This document shows positions 60,401 to 64,000 of a DNA stretch of 64,000 nucleotides, piece after piece. Within the stretch, counting starts at the first letter, position 1; each line of letters opens with the position of its first letter. The stretch is from Phallusia mammillata (taxonomy: Eukaryota), in contig OZ281499.1 of assembly GCA_965637545.1 (NCBI GenBank), forward strand, positions 10,044,001-10,108,000. The letters are read 5' to 3'. The notes below the pieces were generated by a model. The model was not told the DNA's origin and searched no databases. It saw nothing but the letters and a program-made list of their open reading frames with translations. The position numbers and the translations under genes were made by a program.

Positions 60401-63017
60401 AAACATGTTAATTGTTGCGAATTAATATTTTTTACTCAGGTTGGTTGCTAAAGTCATAGCTGCCACATTTCTAGTTTACTTTCAATACTCAAATTGCACT
60501 GCCTTAAACATGCCAAGACCTAAATATTTGCTTTAGACTAATTTGCAAGATATTTCTGCAAAACTTAACAGAAAGACCAAACTGTATTGCTGAACTCTTC
60601 CAAATTTCTGCATGTAAACAAGAATAATTGAAAACATAAATGGTTTTAGCCCCAATAGGAAACCACGAAAAAATGCCCAAGCCACTGTGTTTCCTGACAA
60701 CAGGCGGTCTCACATCGAACAATGCTTGCATTAACTGCTCTGCACTGCATATAACCCTTCTAACGACTACCGCTGATGTTAATGGAATGAGAGATGCCTG
60801 TGGACCACTGAGCTTGTGTCCCTGGTGCTGATCAATACTGCTGACTGAGATTGGATCAATGAATATTTGATTTAGCACAACACAAAATGCTTTGTTGTCA
60901 TGGTAAGAGATAACAAGGTCCAAAATGCTAACCAAAGCACTTTTGACTAAATAAGCAGGGTTAAATAAGTTGCAAAACTATGTCTGTGAAGTTACAATTC
61001 ATAATCACTTTTCTTGAGACTACATGATATAAAAACATTGAAACATGCATTCTCCAACATCAAACCTCAGAGACTTTTTTTTTTCAAGTAACCTATGTGC
61101 TATTTATATTTTTCAAGTCGTGAATTTCCAAAAAAAATATAGACTGCAATGGCAAAAAAAAACCAACTTTATTTTTCTGAAAACAACTGATTACTTTATC
61201 ATTTCTGCCCTGTTGCATAATGCCCAAGCAAATAATATAATGTTGACTTCAAGCACAAATAAACTTAAGAACATGGCAAAAATAAGATATTTCAAATCAC
61301 AAAACCTTTAAATCTGATTTGAAACCTTCATTTTGACTTATTTTCATTCAGTTTTTGTTCTCAATTTTCATCACAAACATGTCTTGTTCCTGTTTACTGT
61401 GTAATGCTTCCACTGCTTAACAATGTTTGTTAAAACGGTCCATCCTAAGGTATGAGGCTGTCTGGTAACAGGTTGTTCAATATATGTATACAAAACAATG
61501 TAACAACAAGTAAGACTGTTTCCTCACGTTTTGGGTTGGGCTAAAATGTCACAGATATGCTTTGCTGAGCATGTTTGAGAAAGGTCAAGCTCATGTAAAA
61601 CCTATGTTGTTCATTTTAAGTTATTTTGTCGGCCTTAAGATTGTTAATTGGACCTCATCTTATGTTTACAGTGTCAACTACAATTTGAAGTGGTAATTTT
61701 GTCAAGCATACAAAATGTTATTCTTTCATTGCCAAACTGAGAAATTAACTGTATGTCAAGTGTTTATCACATTATGACAGGCCCATTGAAGGCATTATAT
61801 CAAATCAACCAGTCACCAAGCATTCCCACATGGCAAGGCACTGGTTAGAAAAATCAATCCAGTGGTGAAATTCGAACCCACAACAGGAGTCTTTCTGGGA
61901 CACACACTTTACCAACTGAGCGATGCAGGCTCTGCATCTGCAGTGAACCAATTGCAAGTTGAATCACAAGCACTGTTGCCTGCCTTTATAGATGCTTCAG
62001 GGCTCATCCCAGTTATGAATTTATGTTCATTTCAAGTATATTATGTTCAATACTAACCAAAAGCCAGTTAAAAATCAACATAGGCCATGGACAATAGTAG
62101 CAAACCAAACTATAGGCAAAGAACAAACCTTTCTAAAGATACCTGCTGTTTATGGTGTCTTCTTAAAAAATATGCTCGTTTTGTACAAAACTCAAACAAC
62201 AACTTACTTTATATATTCAGTGCCATTAATGAAGTAAAAACTGAGTTTAAGACTTACTTTGGAGTTGGAGGAATTCTTCTTCTTGTTGAGCGAGCTTTTG
62301 TAAAGCAAGCTTCAGTTCTGCTGAGGAATCCTGAAGTGCTTCTTCCTTTTCTTGCAACTTCTGTTGCCATTTCTCTTCCATTTGGGCATTTGAGGATGAA
62401 ACTGAGTTCTCTGTGGCTTGAAGAAGCTCAGACACCACCTCCTCCACATTAAGGGGGACTTCAAAAATAATTTTTAAGGGAAAATATTATGAATAATTAC
62501 AGTTGCGTAATATTTTTGTGCTAAAGAAAATCTACAATGACAGGGCTATCATAACTGTTATGTGAAAAATCATTATTATTTAAAAAAATTGTCACTGTAC
62601 TAATGTTGAAAGATAATAAATTCACAAAAATCTAAAATGCATTAAAAACAAGTAAAAGAACTATACAGAAAGTGCATTAAAAATATTGATAACAGTTGAA
62701 ACAAATTAACTAAAAATTAATACATAAAGATCTATTAGGCTACTGCGTAAAAATTTAACAATATCGAAAATCATAAATATCACAGCAAAATGTACAAAAC
62801 ATAGTAATCCGTTAAAACTCTTTACCCACCTGATTTTTCCATCGTATGTTGTGTTTGTAATGACTCGATTTGATCTAAACATGCAATTAAAACCAATTCA
62901 ATTAAAGAGAGAGCACATTAAAACTATTTCAAACTCATCAAAGACTTAAATCACCTTTTAACTCAAAATTTTCTTCCTGTACTGCCAGCAACTGTAGGTC
63001 AGTGTCCTTAAGTTTAC
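48439..63017 (-). CDS. SLMAP: 3' part of a tail-anchored coiled-coil protein, SLMAP-like (5' end including any FHA domain lies beyond the window)
   Basis: Phase-consistent exons 63017-62955, 62458-62258, 58594-58418, 57377-57218, 54273-54169, 52253-52115, 49860-49747 and 48516-48439 (extra exons at 59-61.4 kb not excluded). Heptad-rich throughout; ends MRRYSTAAVLIAFVSLLIYLIFGSS* (one C-terminal TM helix). TTRCQQLIREREENAMKLEG resembles the SLMAP segment recalled as QLRCQQCEDQQREEATRLQG. CDS call is solid; the SLMAP name is inference. Confidence 0.62.
48600..49175 (-). mobile_element. tRNA-derived repeat split by a MITE insertion
   Basis: Body (CATAGTACGCCAGGCC...CTAGCC) at 48613-48707 resumes after the insertion as GACTCGAACCCA (B-box, minus strand) at about 49114. 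Confidence 0.8.
48716..49106. mobile_element. hAT MITE (CAGAGTTGCAAG TIR)
   Basis: Perfect 12-bp TIR, TSD TGCTGTGA, CCCGAA/GCCCGG subterminal repeats. Confidence 0.93.
49446..49700. mobile_element. hAT-type MITE (CAGTGGTTCCCAACC)
   Basis: CAGTGGTTCCCAACC...GGTTGGAAACCACTG; TSD not preserved. Confidence 0.8.
51630..51845. mobile_element. Tc1/mariner-like MITE family copy
   Basis: AACCTCGGTTAATCCGGACCCGTTTGG...AACCGAGGTTTAC; contains an internal duplication of AAGTTTTGTCCGAATTAGGC. Confidence 0.75.
53058..53551 (-). CDS. Nested alternative (first or cassette) exon of the SLMAP-like gene, 164 codons, S/P/R-rich with SRIP motif
   Basis: 176-codon GC-rich ORF from ATG 53551. Donor TG|GTCAGC after 53058 is phase 2, matching the acceptor at 52253. 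An AG two bases before the ATG would also splice in frame from exon 54273-54169. Confidence 0.6.
53780..53950. mobile_element. Tc1/mariner-like MITE family copy (partial)
   Basis: GTAAACTTCGGTTAATCTGGACCCGTTTGG...AAGTTTTGTCTGAATTA matches the 51630 copy. Confidence 0.7.
54609..55193. mobile_element. hAT MITE (TAGGGCAAGTTTTTG TIR) with AAAAGTTGCA repeats
   Basis: Perfect 15-bp TIR, TSD GTTATCAC. Confidence 0.9.
56805..57022. mobile_element. hAT (Charlie/Buster-type) MITE
   Basis: CAGTGGTTCTCA...TGAGAACCACTG, TSD GTTTAGGT. Confidence 0.92.
61770..62025 (-). mobile_element. tRNA-derived repeat with A and B boxes
   Basis: Minus-strand GCTCAGTTGGTAAAG (about 61908-61921) and GGGTTCGAATTT (about 61868-61880), family body, and the family terminal motif GCTTCAGGGCTCATCCC at about 61994. 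Confidence 0.8.
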
Positions 63018-64000
63018 CTGAAAAAGAGTTGGTTACACCATAAACAGCTGACTACGCTTAAATGAAAACCTTAACATTGCCCCAAACAGGCCTTCAAAAC
63101 ATGTGTATCATGCCTCAATCACACAGTCCAAAGGGCAAGGGCAAATGATGTCATATGCCAACATTAAGACTTTGAATTCCTATGAGATTTGCCTGACTGA
63201 TCTAAGACTGATAGATAAAGTGCACACACTGTGTCACGCATATTCATTATGTGAAGGAAGGTGGGTGGGTTGAATGCTTATTATTTAGATCAGTGGTTCT
63301 TTACACTAGTGGGACATGACTTTTGGGGTGGCTAATGGGAAGTTAATAATATTTTGTGATGAACTGAAAATAGTTGCATATAATTTATTGAATAATCAGT
63401 ACAAAAAAAGCTTATCAAAGTTATTGGCCATTTGTTGTTAGCTGTCAGTTGTTTAAAATCACTCCTCGAAATTCTCTATTAAAGAAATGTATTTCAAGCC
63501 AATATGCTTGTTGTGGATGCTTTCTTTACCCATACTTAACAATGGATGGGTCCACAATATTCATTTAATTGAACTGGTGATTTATGGCCTAAAATGAGTT
63601 GAGAACCAAAAACAACTTACTTTTTAATTCTTTAAGTTTGGCCTTGAAAATGACAAAGGTGGTAGGTAGAACACTGTTTTTGTCTGCAAACAAAGTAAAA
63701 ACATTTTTTTGAATAGAGCTATGCAGTGTTTTTTAAAGGTGTTTTGGGGGACCAAAACGGTCCCCCAAATTTCTCCAGCGGTTTCCCAAAATTTGGACTT
63801 GCAACTACAACTACAGTTTTTGGTATTTAAATGAAACACTTGCGGTCTCTTAAAACTACTTAGCGGTCACCCAAACCAAACCTTAAAAAAAACCTGGAGC
63901 TGTGTATGATAACCTGGTTCGAAATAAAACTCAATTTGTTTTTTTACGCTTTCCTACTTTTAAGTTTAACCTGCATTTTATTAAGTAAAATACCTGTTTT

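Noticed and set aside
60504-60935. 143-aa minus ORF, considered as a LINE reverse-transcriptase C-terminal relic
   Set aside because: Only vague motif similarity, no RT or endonuclease signature, no fit to the surrounding coiled-coil gene.
61348-61350. Selenocysteine reading of the in-frame TGA in the candidate exon
   Set aside because: Coiled-coil context without a redox motif and no SECIS-like element recognised in the presumed 3'UTR.

Overview
AT-rich eukaryotic genomic DNA with short GT-AG introns, dense MITEs and mosaic CpG depletion. It is most likely an invertebrate chordate such as an ascidian (inferred from gene content, compactness and CpG pattern; species not determinable). No prokaryotic features, rRNA, intact tRNA or CRISPR array were seen. 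All gene models were built by hand from splice sites and reading phase. Contents: (1) 0.2-11 kb, a duplicated accessory region with two 3-exon genes for a 65-aa secreted, probably C-terminally amidated peptide whose last two coding exons are nucleotide-identical while the signal/spacer exon has diverged, plus a damaged gene of unknown family and a second diverged duplicate. (2) 14.4-24.9 kb (+), an 18-exon, 814-aa secreted astacin metalloprotease with 4 kringle and 3 TSP1 domains. (3) 25.7-29.5 kb (+), a RIPK-like kinase with a C-terminal TPR-like domain and a frameshifting lesion in the kinase C-lobe. (4) 33.7-45.4 kb (+), an 18-exon, 731-aa APPL1/2 orthologue (BAR-PH-PTB). (5) 48.4 kb to beyond 63 kb (-), the 3' part of a tail-anchored coiled-coil protein resembling SLMAP, with a nested 164-codon Ser/Pro/Arg-rich alternative exon carrying an SxIP motif. 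Numerous hAT-type MITEs with 8-bp TSDs, a TA-flanked Tc1/mariner-like MITE family and a tRNA-derived repeat fill the introns.
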